NCBI GenBank assembly: GCA_016748015.1
Contig: JAAOMT010000523.1
Location: 1-64,000 of the forward strand
DNA length: 64,000 nt
Direction of reading: 5' to 3'
Origin: Geosiphon pyriformis uo1
Lineage: Eukaryota; Fungi; Glomeromycota
Shown: positions 52,101 to 64,000 of the stretch, piece by piece
Layout: every line of letters starts with the position of its first letter
Numbering within the stretch: position 1 is the first letter of the stretch
The notes under the pieces: model-generated
Seen by the model: the letters and a program-made list of their open reading frames with translations, nothing else
Database searches by the model: none
What the model was told of the DNA's origin: nothing
Position numbers and translations under genes: made by a program

Positions 52101-55005
52101 AAAAGATGCTTCATCTAACAACTAAAAACCCAACCAAAACAAATTACCTACCAGTAATATATTTCCAGCTATCATAACCAATAATAAATTGCTAGCAGCA
52201 ATTTTCCCATTTGAATTTAAGGAACCAACACAAACACCATTGTTCAGTAGAACTGCACTTAAAGAAAAACCAATTACCATCATGTACACTGATGCCAAAG
52301 TCAATGGCCACTCTATAAAGCTCATCCTTAATAGTGGGTCAACAGGCAACATTATTACATGACAACTCATGAACCAATTAGGTTGCCAAGTTGATCATGC
52401 TGCTAGTGCCAGAATCATAACTGCTAATGGAATGACCAAAACTCTAATTGGTAAAATAGATGGCTTCCCATTTGAAGTCAATGGCATCATAATATCAATC
52501 AAGATATTGGTAATAGAAGCAACTTAGTACCAAGCTCTTGTTGGAAACAATTGGCTGTTTAAAACCAATGCCATGCTTAATTGGAACATCCAAGAACTGC
52601 AACTCAGCCAAAATGGCCACCACACATGCATGCCAGCCACTTGTAGTTACTTTAAGACCACTACTAACAACAAGCTACTCATTAAATTAGAAGAAAAAAA
52701 AAGAAAACCTACCTAGAAAGCCTACCAAGTTTCCTGGGTTGACATTAAGCACAATGAGTTGCCACCAGTACTATTCTGGGATGACAATAAAAAGGGAAAA
52801 AAAAAGGAAAAATCTACCAAAAATGCCAACCAAACATAGTGAACTGATGACAATGATACTGAACTAACACTAATATAGAAATGGAAAGAGAATACAAAAA
52901 GAAAAAAAAAGAGACAGCACCAACTACCACTGCCACTCATATTTTCTATACTTATACCATCTAACTATCATCAACTGAAACTAGTATGCATCAACTGTGA
53001 CAAAAAATTGTCTACAATAGGCCCATGCTGTGGCAACAACGAAGAATGGCCGACAACAACTAAATTCTATTGCTGCTTATGCTTTATTAATTAGTTTGGA
53101 CGACCAAAAAGACAAAGAAAATAGAACAACAAATCATGCTTGGCTTGTGGTGAAACTCTTCTTGACAAAAAAATGTGGAATGACATCCCTGAGAGAAGAA
53201 AAACATACAACGAATTGTGTTAGTACACAATCCTAATAAGCAGCTGGATAAAAAAAAGGACACCAATAGAAGCAGCCTAAAGGAAAGCAGTAAAACAGTT
53301 AGATGGATGTCTACACAATGACAACAAAATTTGGCAAATGGCCCTTGTTAAAATCAAAGGAGTGTCATCAGAAGAAATAAAAATCATCAAAAACAACCCA
53401 TCAAAATCTATAAAACTTGATTGGAGCCCAAACCCAAATATTGTCCTAGAGCCAATAGACCCAGAATAATTCTATAAGTACTACCAAAAATTAGCACTCA
53501 CTTGAGAAGAACAAGAGCAATAGTTAAAAGAAATAAATACACAACTATGTAATCATTGTTTGATCTCATGTGATTTTCAATATTGTAATGAGTGTGACCT
53601 TATTTACAATTCACTACCATGCATAATTTACATGATTCCAGAAAAAAAAGAACCAATCAGCAACTGCACATCAGAATCAACTTTCAATTTCAATTCAAAC
53701 TCTAACAATGATGATAACAAGAATAACAGTTCCAGCTCCATTCAAAATGGCAACAAAAATAACAACAATTTGTACTCTGATTCAAACCCCAAAACATATA
53801 TCACTCTTCCTAATCTCTTCAAGGAACAGGAACTTAAATAGTTCAGTAATAACAATGAAGGCATTATGCCAAAATAAGCACATGATACTGATGCAGAATT
53901 TGATCTAAGATATTCAGGAAAAAATGTCATTAAATTGGAACCACATTTATGTATCTGCATTAATCTCAAAGTAGCATTAAAAATTCTAGCAACAACAATG
54001 GTTCAACTAGCATCCAGAAGTAGTTTAGTAAAAAAAAGAATCAACATCAGGAAAGAAATAATTGACACAGGATATGTAAGAAATATTATTGCAATACTAC
54101 AAAATAACTCAGAAAAGGTCTACATCATAGAGCCAAATGAAAAGATAGCACAGGCAATATTTCTGCCTCTGGTTAAAATAGCTTAATTAATATCAGTAGG
54201 AAACAGGGAAGAATTAAGAATTACAACTAAAGGGATACAGGGTTTCGGATTTATGGGTAGAATAGATGTACCAGTTAATATGACAGAAGAAAAAATTGTT
54301 GACAAGGGAGAAATTATCTCTATTTGCCAACCAATTTTCATTCCACCATATGACCAGTACATAGTAGTTATAGAGAGAAAAGTAAAGGATCAAGTACAGA
54401 TTTTTGAAGCAGAAACAACAATTTGTGAATCAGGAAAAATTGAATTAGTCAATCTACACATACCAGCCAAAAACCACAGTTACATCAAAATTTCCATTTA
54501 CAACAACACAAGAGATATTATTGAGATACCAAAAGGAACCATCATTGGATATTTAACCACCAAAATTGAAGACCAACTGCCAAACACCATTTCAGACTTT
54601 CTACAACTGTGTGAATATATAAATATTACATCTCAAACAATATACAAACGAGAAGAATGTTATTTGCTCCAACCAAAACAATTGGAACAAATGAACTTGG
54701 GAAATTTAGACCCACTACAACATATGCAATTCAAGATATTATTCAACAACTTCAATGACATTTTTGCCAGTGAAAATGAATTTGGCAGAACTAACATAAT
54801 CCAGCATCAGATCAAAACTGAAGATGCAATGCCAATCAAACAAAGAGCATATAGAGTACCACTAACCAGCCATAAGATCATTTGTCAAGAAATTAATTGA
54901 ATGCTCAACAATGGGCTAATTTAGCTATCAATGAGCCCATGATCATTACCAGTAGTACTAATCTATAAAAAAAATAGAAAAATCTGCTTTTGTATAAATT
55001 ACTGG
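49131..55005 (+). mobile_element. Ty3/Gypsy element C: 5' LTR 49131-49938, PBS, gag, CCHC, protease, Cys-rich insert, dUTPase, start of RT; interrupted by element D
   Basis: TGTTACTCAT...TGTAATA|TTTGGTGCTCTCTG; gag IAKIEKFTGKENNTQVWLND; protease KLILNSGSTGNII; dUTPase; RT PIKQRAYRVP..PVVLIYKKNRKICFC. Confidence 0.92.
53870..54260 (+). pseudogene. dUTPase domain of Gypsy element C
   Basis: All five motifs, decayed: DAEFDL, SRSSLV, IIDTGY, EKIAQ, KGIQGFGFMG. Confidence 0.88.
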
Positions 55006-55852
55006 TGTTACAAGTGATTATTTGAGGTCTCAAATCAAATAACAAATTCATAACTTGGTGCTCAATTGATATATAATGATGTTAGTTTCTAATAGTTTTG
55101 TTGATCTGAAGATTTTGTTGTGGAGTTTTTTATATAATGAACAGAGATTCAATAGTTGTTTCTAGTAGCCTTCCAGAATTGCAATTTCATCCAATTTCTT
55201 TCTCAGCATAGTGGCCAGTAATCTTGACAGAGATGCTCTTTTGGTAAGTTATCCTTAAATTCTCAATTCCTATACCCTTCCTTTGGGGTCTTTTATCAGA
55301 CTATTCTTGATGTCAATAACTTAGCACTTAATCTCCAATTAATTAGTAAAACAAAAGAAATAACAAAATAAAAAAAAATAAAAAAAAATAAGCCAAGGCA
55401 ATGAATATTAGTATTCCATCAATAGCCATGATTAAAAGCTATTGTTCCAGTATGGTTAAGTATCAATTACTGTCAACATAAAATGTTGATAGTGGAAAAT
55501 AGATTTGTGATATTAAATAATTATTTATTGATATTTGTGATATGAAAGGCTGCTTAGATTAAATCTAAACTGAAAGATCTGTTTTTTCTACTTCTAATGC
55601 TACCACTATATATATATAATTAAGATTTCTTAATTCCTCAATTTTTCACACCAGGAATTCTGGAATTCTGTTATTCCTTTTGAAAGGAATTCTGAAATTC
55701 TGGAATCCTGTGATTCCTTTGTACAAAAATCCTGAAATTCCTGGAATCCTGCAATTCCTCTTGAGAGAAATTCTGGAATTCCATATTTACTATGACTACT
55801 TCTAATTGGCTAATTTATATGCTAATATATTTCCTATATTCTATAAGTAACA
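55006..55852 (-). repeat. 3' LTR of element D, preceded by polypurine tract AAAAAGAGAGAATAA (~55853-55867)
   Basis: TGTTAC...TGTAACA termini; homology to the other family C LTRs. Confidence 0.9.
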
Positions 55853-58800
55853 TTATTCTCTCTTTTTAATATTGAGCTCTATCAAGATCTCCTAATTCTA
55901 ATTCTCCATCTTTAAATATTTCTTGAACTTTTTTTTTGAGAATTACTTGGGTTATCTTGTTTTGTAATTCTTCAAATTGGGTGTTGGTTATTTTTCCTAT
56001 TTGGTTAACTATAATGGAGTCCAATTCCAGATTAAGTAAGATTTTTGGTCTGTCTTGGAATCCCATCTGTAGCCTATAGATGGCTCTTGCTTGTGTAGTC
56101 AAATTGTTCTTTCCCACAAATTGTTCTAGTTGTTGCAGTATTGTTGTGTCGAATAATCATTTTGTTTTATCCATGTATAAGTTCTGAATATTCAAATGTT
56201 GTCCCAAGTGGAAATAACAAAAGTTTCTTGAAAATTCGTGTATCTATCATTTCCAAGTTTCTTTGGTTAACTCTTGATATGTGGTAACATTTGTTGGTTC
56301 TTCTATTGTTAATTTTATTTTTAGAATCATTTTGTCAATAGTGTTTTCTGTTTTTCTTTGACTTTTGTATTTGGGTATTTTTCTGGTATCTCAATATTGA
56401 ATAGTTTGTTGATTAATAGTAATTTCTATATTCTGTTGTTGAATTAGTTGGAAGAGTTGTTGTGCTAGTGAGTAGATATTGTTAGTAATTTCCATTTTTC
56501 TGAGGTCTTTTGTTATGTCTACTATGTTTTTATATACTTTTTTTATTGTTCAATTTTACATGTTTGGTCTAATAATTATGATTGGTTCTAAATCTCGTGA
56601 AATCTTATCTGGTTGAACTAGTATTCTCTGTACTCCTAATTGTGGAATATTACTGGTTAATGGTAACACTATATGATAATATGATTTCAGTTGATCATCA
56701 TGTACTACTTTGGCTAAGATTTTGTTGTTCCATCTTAGTTTATACACTCCATTTCCAAAAATTTTTTTTATGTAAAATGGTCCATCTTATTTGGGGTCAA
56801 ATTTTCTACTCTATTGTTTTTCTGCTTTGGTATGATGTAAAAATACTTTGTTTCCAATCTTGAATTTAACTGGTTTATCTGGTAGTTGGTTGTCATGTCT
56901 TTCTTTTTGTTTTATTTGTGATTTTTGTATGTTATCAGCTGCTTTTTGCCATTTGTTTTCTAGTGTTTCCATCAAGTCATATGTTTTTTTTAGCAATATT
57001 TCCTGAAAATTGTCTTTGGTTATTGGTTTTGTTGGATATGTTTTGATTTTTATCTCAACTGGTACTGTTGCTGTCCTTCTATATACTAATTTAAATAGTG
57101 TTACTTGTATAGTGTTTTGCTTCATTGTCCAATAAGCAAATAATACTGATGGTATAATCAAGTCTCATTTGTCCTGGTTTTCTTGGCTGATTTTGGCAAT
57201 AACTTTACACAATGTTCTGTTAAACTTTTCAATTAACCCATTCATTTATAGATGGTATGATAATAATAATAGTCTTTTTATCCCAAATCTTTAACTTAAT
57301 TTTGTCAATGTTTTATTCACAAAGTGAGTTTTTTGATCTAATAATAGTTCTTTTGGACATCCATGTTGACAGATCAAATCTTGATAAACAAATTTGGCAA
57401 TAACTTTTGCATCTGCTCTTTAAATGGCTTTTGCTTCTGGCCATTTTGTAAGATAATCTATGGCTACTGCAATATATCTGTTGTCTCTGCTGGTAATTGT
57501 TAATAGTCTGACTAAGTTAATTCTAATACAGTCAAATGGTTGTCCCATTTTGATTGGTTTTAATGGCTCACTGGGTTTTGTTCCACCTCTTCTTTGACAA
57601 GCATCACAATTTTGAACATATTGAATAATATCCAGATATATTGATGACCAATAGTATCTTTTTCTGGTTCTTTTTATGGTTGCTTTTTTATGAAAATGTC
57701 CTGCTATTGGATCTGAATGCATGTTGAACAATATTGTCTCTTTCTTTGGTTTTGTGATTATTCTGGTTGGCTGATCTGAATTCTTTCTGTTTTTCTGGTA
57801 AAGTATATTTTGGTGATTGATAAAGTATCTTGATTGCTGTTTTATGTTGTTTTGTTCTTTTTGAGATAATTTCTCCTTGAACAATTGAGTATTTATATAA
57901 TGTTGGAGTTGTTGGTATTTTTGTATATTCATGTTTTGTTATATTTTTGGATTAAAATGTTTTTAGATTTGTCTTATTCGTGACAGACCATCAGCATTTC
58001 TGTTTTTTTTTTCTTTTTTGTAATGCACTGTATAATTAAATAGTGAAAGTTCTATTTTCCATCTGGCATGACAATCATTTGCAAATTCTTATTTCTGGAT
58101 TGAAGTTAATTCTTTGTAATCAGTGTACACATCAAACTTTTGACTCAAGTATTTTTTCCATTTGATGACAGCCTAATAGATGGCTAAGTGTTCCAATGCT
58201 GGAGTTCCATAGTTTTTTTTAGCTGGACTTAAGCTTCTATTGGCATAAGCTACTGGATGTTCTCATCCATCTGGTTTTTTTTGAAATAATACTGCTCTCA
58301 ATGCTTGACCAGATGCATCAGTTGTAATTATAAATGGCTTGCTATGATCTGAATAGATCAGTACTGGAGCTTGAATAAGCTTTTTTTTAATGTATTAAAA
58401 GCTTTTTGCTGTGTTTTTGCCCATTTATATTTGGTGTTTTTCATTTGAAGCTGGTGTAGTGGTTGAACTATTTTGGAAAAGTTTTTAATAAAGTGGTGGT
58501 AGTATCCAGCAAATCCCAAAAATGCTCTTAATTTTGTGAGATTATTTGGTACTAGAAAGTTTTTAACAATCTTAATCTTATCTGAATCTGTTTTGATACT
58601 ATCTTTGCTCACCACATGTCCCAAAAACTTGAGTTCCATTTTTCCAAAAAAACATTTGGTTGTATTTAGCTTTAATCTGGCTCTTCTTAGTTTTTCAAAC
58701 ACTTGTTGGAAATGATACAGATGATCATTGAATGTTTTTGAAAACACATTGGTATTGTCCAAATATACAATTACTGATTTTTACAATAATCCAGTATAGA

Positions 58801-59779
58801 CAATTTCCATGAGTCATTGAAATGTTGCTGAAGCGTTTATCAAGCCAAATAGTATTACTTCAAATTCAAAGTTTTTTTTCCAAGTTGTAAAAGCCATTTT
58901 TTCTTTGTCTTCTGGTTTCATGGCTACTTGTTAGTAATCATTGTCTAAGTCTAAAGTTGAAAACCATTTCTTTCCTCCAAAAGCATCGAAAAGTTTTTGG
59001 ATCTTTGGAGTTGGGTAGCTGTCTTCTTTTGTTACTCCATTCAGTTTTTGGTAATCCATACAAAAACAGATTTTTCTATTCTTCTTATGGACTAATACTA
59101 CTGGTAATAACCATGGACTCATTAATGGCTAAATTAGCCCGTTGTCGAGCATTTGATTGATTTTTTAATGAATGATCTCATGGCTGGCTGGTGGTACTCT
59201 GTATGCTCTCTACTTAATTGGCATTGTATTTCCAATCTTGAATGATGTCAGTTCTGCCAAATTTGTTTTCACTAGCAAAGATGTTATTGAAGTTGTTAAG
59301 CAACATCTTAAGTTGTATATATTGTAGTGGGTCTAGATTTCCCAAGTTCATCTGTTTCAATTGTTTTGGTTGAAACAGATAACATTTTTCTTGTCCATAT
59401 ATGGTTTGAGATGTAATATCTACATATCTACACAGCTGTGAAAAGTCTAGAATGGTGTCTAAAATTTGGTCTTCAATTTCTGTGGTCAAGTATTCAATGG
59501 TGATTTCTTCTGGTATCTTAATGATGTCTCTCATGTTGTTGTAAATAGGAATTTTGATGTGGTTGTGGTTTTTGGCTGGTATGTGTAAATTGACTAATCC
59601 AATCTTTCCTGATTCACAAAGTGTTGCTTCTGCTTCAAAAATTTGAACCTAATCTTTTACTTTTCTCTCTATGATTACCATGTACTGGTCATATGGTGGA
59701 ATGAAAATTGATTGATAGGTGCAAATAATTTCTTCTTTGTCAATAATTTTTTCCTCTGTTATATTAATTGGTACATCTA

Positions 59780-60170
59780 TTCTACCTGTAGATCTGAATT
59801 TTTGTATCTCTCTTGTTGTTATCCCTAATTTTTCCCTGTTTCTCACTGGTACTAATTAAGCTATTTTAACCAAAGACAGGAATATTGCCTGTGCTATCTT
59901 TTTATTTGAATCTATAATATATGCCTTTTTTGAGTCATTTTGTAGCATAGCAATAATATTTCTTATGTATCCTGTGTTAATTATTTCTCCTCTGATGTTA
60001 ATTCCTTTTTTTGCTAAATTACTTCTAGATGCTAACTAAACTATTGTTGTTGCTAGAATTTTCAGTACTATTTTGAAATCAATGCAAGTGCACAAATAAA
60101 GTTCTAATTTGATGGAATTTTTTTCAGAATATCTTAGATCAAACTTTGCATCAGTATTATGCATACGTTC
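59780..60170 (-). pseudogene. dUTPase domain of Gypsy element D
   Basis: DAKFDL, ASRSNLAKKGINIRGEIINTGY, KIAQAIF, REIQKFRSTG. Confidence 0.88.
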
Positions 60171-63100
60171 TGGCATAATACCTTCATTATTATTACTGAA
60201 CCATTTCAGTTTTTGTTTCTTGTTAAGATTAGAGAGTGTGATGTATTGTTCAGAGTTTGAATTAGAGTTTGAATCAGAGTTTGAATCGCTATTATTTGCA
60301 TTACCACATTTAGTGGAGCTGAAATCATTGTTTTCATTATCTTTGTTGTCAGAGTTTGAATTGAGATTGAAAATTGATTCCAATTCCAATGTGCAGTTGC
60401 TGATTGGTTTTTCTTCCTTGGGGATTGTGTAGATCATGTGAATTGGTAGATTGTAAATAAAGTCATACTTATTACAATATTGAAAGTCATATGGAATCAA
60501 ACAATAGTCACATAATCAAGTGTTTATTTCTTTTAAGCATTGTTCCTGCTCCTCTCTTGTTGGTGCCAAATTCTGGTAATATTCATGAAATGCCTCTGGA
60601 TCTGTTTCAATATCTATAAAGACGTCTGGATTGAGGATAAGAATAATGTTAACTGGTTTAGAAGGATTGTTTTTTATTTTCAGGATCTCTCTTGGCAAAG
60701 CACCTTCTATTTTGGCATTAGTTATTCATTAGATCTTATTTTCGTCATGTGGGTAACTATCCAAGTGAGAGATTGCTTGGTGCCAGACAGCAGTAACAGG
60801 TATTCCACAACTTATCCAGTCACTAATGAGAATTGTGTATTGGCACAAAGTGTCGCACATTCCTCCTTAACCAGGAATGTTGTTCCACATTCCTTCATTA
60901 AGCAACTGTTCTCTACAAGCGAGACATGATTTGTTGTCTCACTTGTCTTGTCATTTTGAATAGCCATACCATTTTCTGTAGCATGGCTTGCAGTAATAGT
61001 GAATTTGCATCCAGTAATCTTTGTCTGGTGCAATCCAAGCTCTCATGAACAATAATTTCTTCTTGCAGTCTTTATACCTGAGTAAGATATAAGGTGGTTC
61101 TGGCCTGATATTTGTGGAGTAGGAATTTTCCCAACTGCCAGTTTCTGTATTGTTTTGGTTCTCTTCAGATAGATCTTTTTTTTTCTCTTTCCCTTTGTCT
61201 TTTTCTTCCCAGTCTAGAATTAGTGGTAGCTTGTTGTGGTCATTATTAGTCCAGGAGACTTGGTATGCTTCTCAGATAAGTTTTTTTGCTTTGTTGTCAA
61301 ATTCAATAAGGGGTGCTAATGGTATGGTGATGAGTTTGAAATGACTACACATGGCGGGTATTTGTGTGTGTTGACTGTTCTGGTTAAGCTGTAGTTCTTG
61401 CATGTTCTAATCAAGCACAGCATTTGTCTTAACTAGCCAGTTATTACCAACTAATGCTTGATATTATATAGCTTCTATTACCAAAACTTTGATTGGGGTA
61501 ATAATACTATTTATTTCAAAGGGAAAATTGTCAATCTTACTAATAAGAGTTTTGGTCATTTCATTAGCCATTATTATCCTGGCACTGGCAGTATGATCAA
61601 CTCGACAACCTAATTGGTTTATGAGTTGTCATGTAATGATGCTGCCTGCCAATCCGCTATCCAGAATTAATTTAATAGTCTGTTCATTGACTTTGGCATT
61701 GGTATACATCACTGTAATAGATTTTTTGTTGAGTGTGGCTCTATTGAAGAATGGTGTCTCCATTTGGGTTTCTAATTTGAATGGAAAGATGACTGCTAAT
61801 GAGTTATTATTGGTAATAGTTGCTAGTAGTATGTTATTGGTAAGAGGTTGTTTTTGGTTGAGTTCAAGTTTGTTGGATGTAGTGTCTTCTGGGGTAACCA
61901 GGAGACTTAAATAGTTTTGAAAATTCAGGTTTGGGGAGTACCCAGTTCCTGAACTCTGTTAGCATGATCCTATTTGCTGGGTGGATGAACTGGAGATTGG
62001 TTGATAAACTACTATTGCTGATCTCCAGTTTTGTTGAGTTATTCTTGGTCTTTGGTTTCCTCATGCTATTGGATCAGAATTTTAAAACAGTGGTTAAATT
62101 GGTTGAGACTGATAGAATACTTGTGGCTGCAGTAGTTGATAGATTATGGGTGTTGTTGGTTGATAAATAAATGCTGAGGACTAATATACTGGAGGTAAGT
62201 ATAATTGCTGTGTTATTGGGATTTGATAAATCAGCTGTGTCACTGGAGGATAATATAATTGAGGTTGGTATTGTTTTGGTAATTGATTACTGATGTAATT
62301 CTGTAATTGTAGTTGACAATTAGAGTTTTAGTACTAATTAGCTGATCTTAGGTTGCTTATCTTTTTTTGGCATTCAAATTGCAAATGTTTTTGTTTACCA
62401 CAATAGTGGCATATGCATGTTTTCTGTTGTTATAATTGATTGGTTGACAATACTAGACATGATTGGTTTTGGACATAATTTGAGTTTCCTTGATTATTGT
62501 GTCATTGGAGAGATTGATAGATTGCATGATTGTCAGCTAAGTATCCTTCTAATTTTTAATTGATTGAATCACTGAATTGTTTTAGTTTAGAATCCAAATC
62601 AGATGATCTGTTTATTACTAGATTTATGGCTTAGGTGTAATTAGCTTCTAATTCAGTTGATTCAAAGTCTCTGGTGCATGTGACTGTGTCTTGTAAGTTG
62701 CCTGAATGTAGCAGTCATATGCATTATAGAATGTTACTGTGTAATCTGTAAATAAACTGATTCAGGATCTGGACAGCGGTAAAATAATTGGCATTGATTG
62801 CTTGTATTTGGTATAGATTTTAGTGGAAGCATCCCAAGTAAGTGGTAACTGCTTCAGTGTCTTCTTGTTTAATTGTGGTAAAAGTATTGGCTAGACAGTT
62901 GATGCTGTTGCTGTTACTAAAATATCTTAAAAATTCCAATTTAAATGCATCAAATATCTGGGGTTTCTGAGCTAGGCTATGATATTATGAGTTGGCAGCA
63001 TCTTGAAAAAAATAGAGGATTGCTTAAAGAGCTCTGACATTATCCCAGTTATTGGCAGTAATGGCTTTGGTAATGTTGTTGATCTATGTTTGGGTGTCAT

Positions 63101-64000
63101 TCTTTTTGCCAGAAAATTTCTCAATTTTGACAATGAGTGTGTATGCTATTGGTATTAATAGTAGTTGTAATTATGGTGATAGTGGTTGTTGTTATGATTG
63201 CTACTGGAGTAATGGTTGTGGCTGTAGCTATTGTTGTTTGTCAATTGGTAAAGCTGGTGGTGGATTAATCACAATTACCAGAGGTAAATATTATTGATTA
63301 TTGATGTTGAGGTTTTGATTGTTCTGGTTTTTTGGAGTTTGATTAACCAGAGTCCCAATTTCTGAGTTATCTAAAATTATGTTTTGGTTATTATTTTTCT
63401 GATTGCTATCTTCCTTTTTCTCAAAGTCAGTTATTTCCCAAGAACTAACAGCTCTGAAATCTGGTTGTAATGGTGGTGATCAAATTTTTGATGGTATTAG
63501 AGAACACAATTTAAATCTCTCAAAGTAATCGCCATATGTTCCTAGTAATTCTGTTTTTTTTGTTTCCTTTGGAATGGGATTTTGTTCAATAGTGTTGTTA
63601 CATTTGTGGTAGATGTGCCAGTTGATGTTATATTGATAGTGCTTCCAGGTGTGTAATGATACAATGGATTGGCAGATAAATCAAATTTTTGTTTCTTCCA
63701 AGTGGGTAGTTGGATTTGTTATGGGGTTTCTGTTGATGTTTGTAGTCTTTCTTTTTTTTTATTGACAAATGTAATAGAAAATCTTTGTTTAGTGTATTTT
63801 TCAATTTCCCTGTTTATTTCTGTAATTAGTAGTGCAAATAAATAGTTTTGTGAAAAGATAGTGCTTTGGAGTAGTTCACTGAAGAAATTGTTAAAGGCAA
63901 ATTCTAGGTCTTTTTGGCCTCCTAAATGATATACAATTCTTTCATTGACGTAGTAATTAAAAGCTAATTCTGTTGGCCAACTATTATTTGTTAATCTGAG

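Larger units (their letters stand above)
55006..64000 (-). mobile_element. Ty3/Gypsy element D (continues beyond the window): gag, CCHC, protease, Cys-rich insert, dUTPase, RT, RNase H, integrase, extra 3' ORF, PPT, 3' LTR
   Basis: Protease KLILDSGLAGSII (~61635-61675); RT FSTLDL, VIVYLDNT; RNase H IITTDASG, NADGLSR; integrase HSDPIAGH..CDAC, IDYLTKWPEA and GPFY. Domain order is Gypsy-type. Confidence 0.95.

Noticed and set aside
57900-58000. Integrase as a separate ORF with its own ATG (57932)
   Set aside because: The upstream stops are in-frame TAA codons, readily explained as CAA>TAA decay; cannot be decided from one copy.
1-64000. Alternative genetic code or organellar/endosymbiont origin to explain the many stops
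   Set aside because: Host genes use the standard code with spliceosomal introns; stops in repeats include all three types and match transition decay.

Overview
Eukaryotic, intron-containing fungal DNA, most likely an early-diverging fungus (Glomeromycotina). The repeat ORFs resemble ones I recall from Geosiphon pyriformis; this is inference, not verified. Two CpG-containing gene islands (~15.3-22.7 kb and ~27.8-35.5 kb) sit in nested, very AT-rich retrotransposon relics. Host genes: an intronless protein with two CEP192-type ASH/Ig domains, CK2 beta, a CABLES-like cyclin-fold protein, BUB3, mitochondrial ribosomal protein S19 (absent from the ORF track) and eIF2B gamma. Repeats: three Ty3/Gypsy copies with Gag-CCHC-protease-Cys-rich insert-dUTPase (RT, RNase H, integrase and an extra 3' ORF where preserved), several solo LTRs with 4-bp TSDs, RNase H-type LINEs, and ORF1-only elements sharing the LINE 3' tail. 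Strongest leads: (1) a hairpin pairing the LTR end and PBS, conserved across three different LTR families, suggesting self-priming or PBS masking; (2) RIP-like C>T/G>A decay confined to repeats; (3) dUTPase-carrying Gypsy elements; (4) head-to-tail ORF1-only LINE dependants. All coordinates were read by eye, and boundaries in degraded repeats are approximate.
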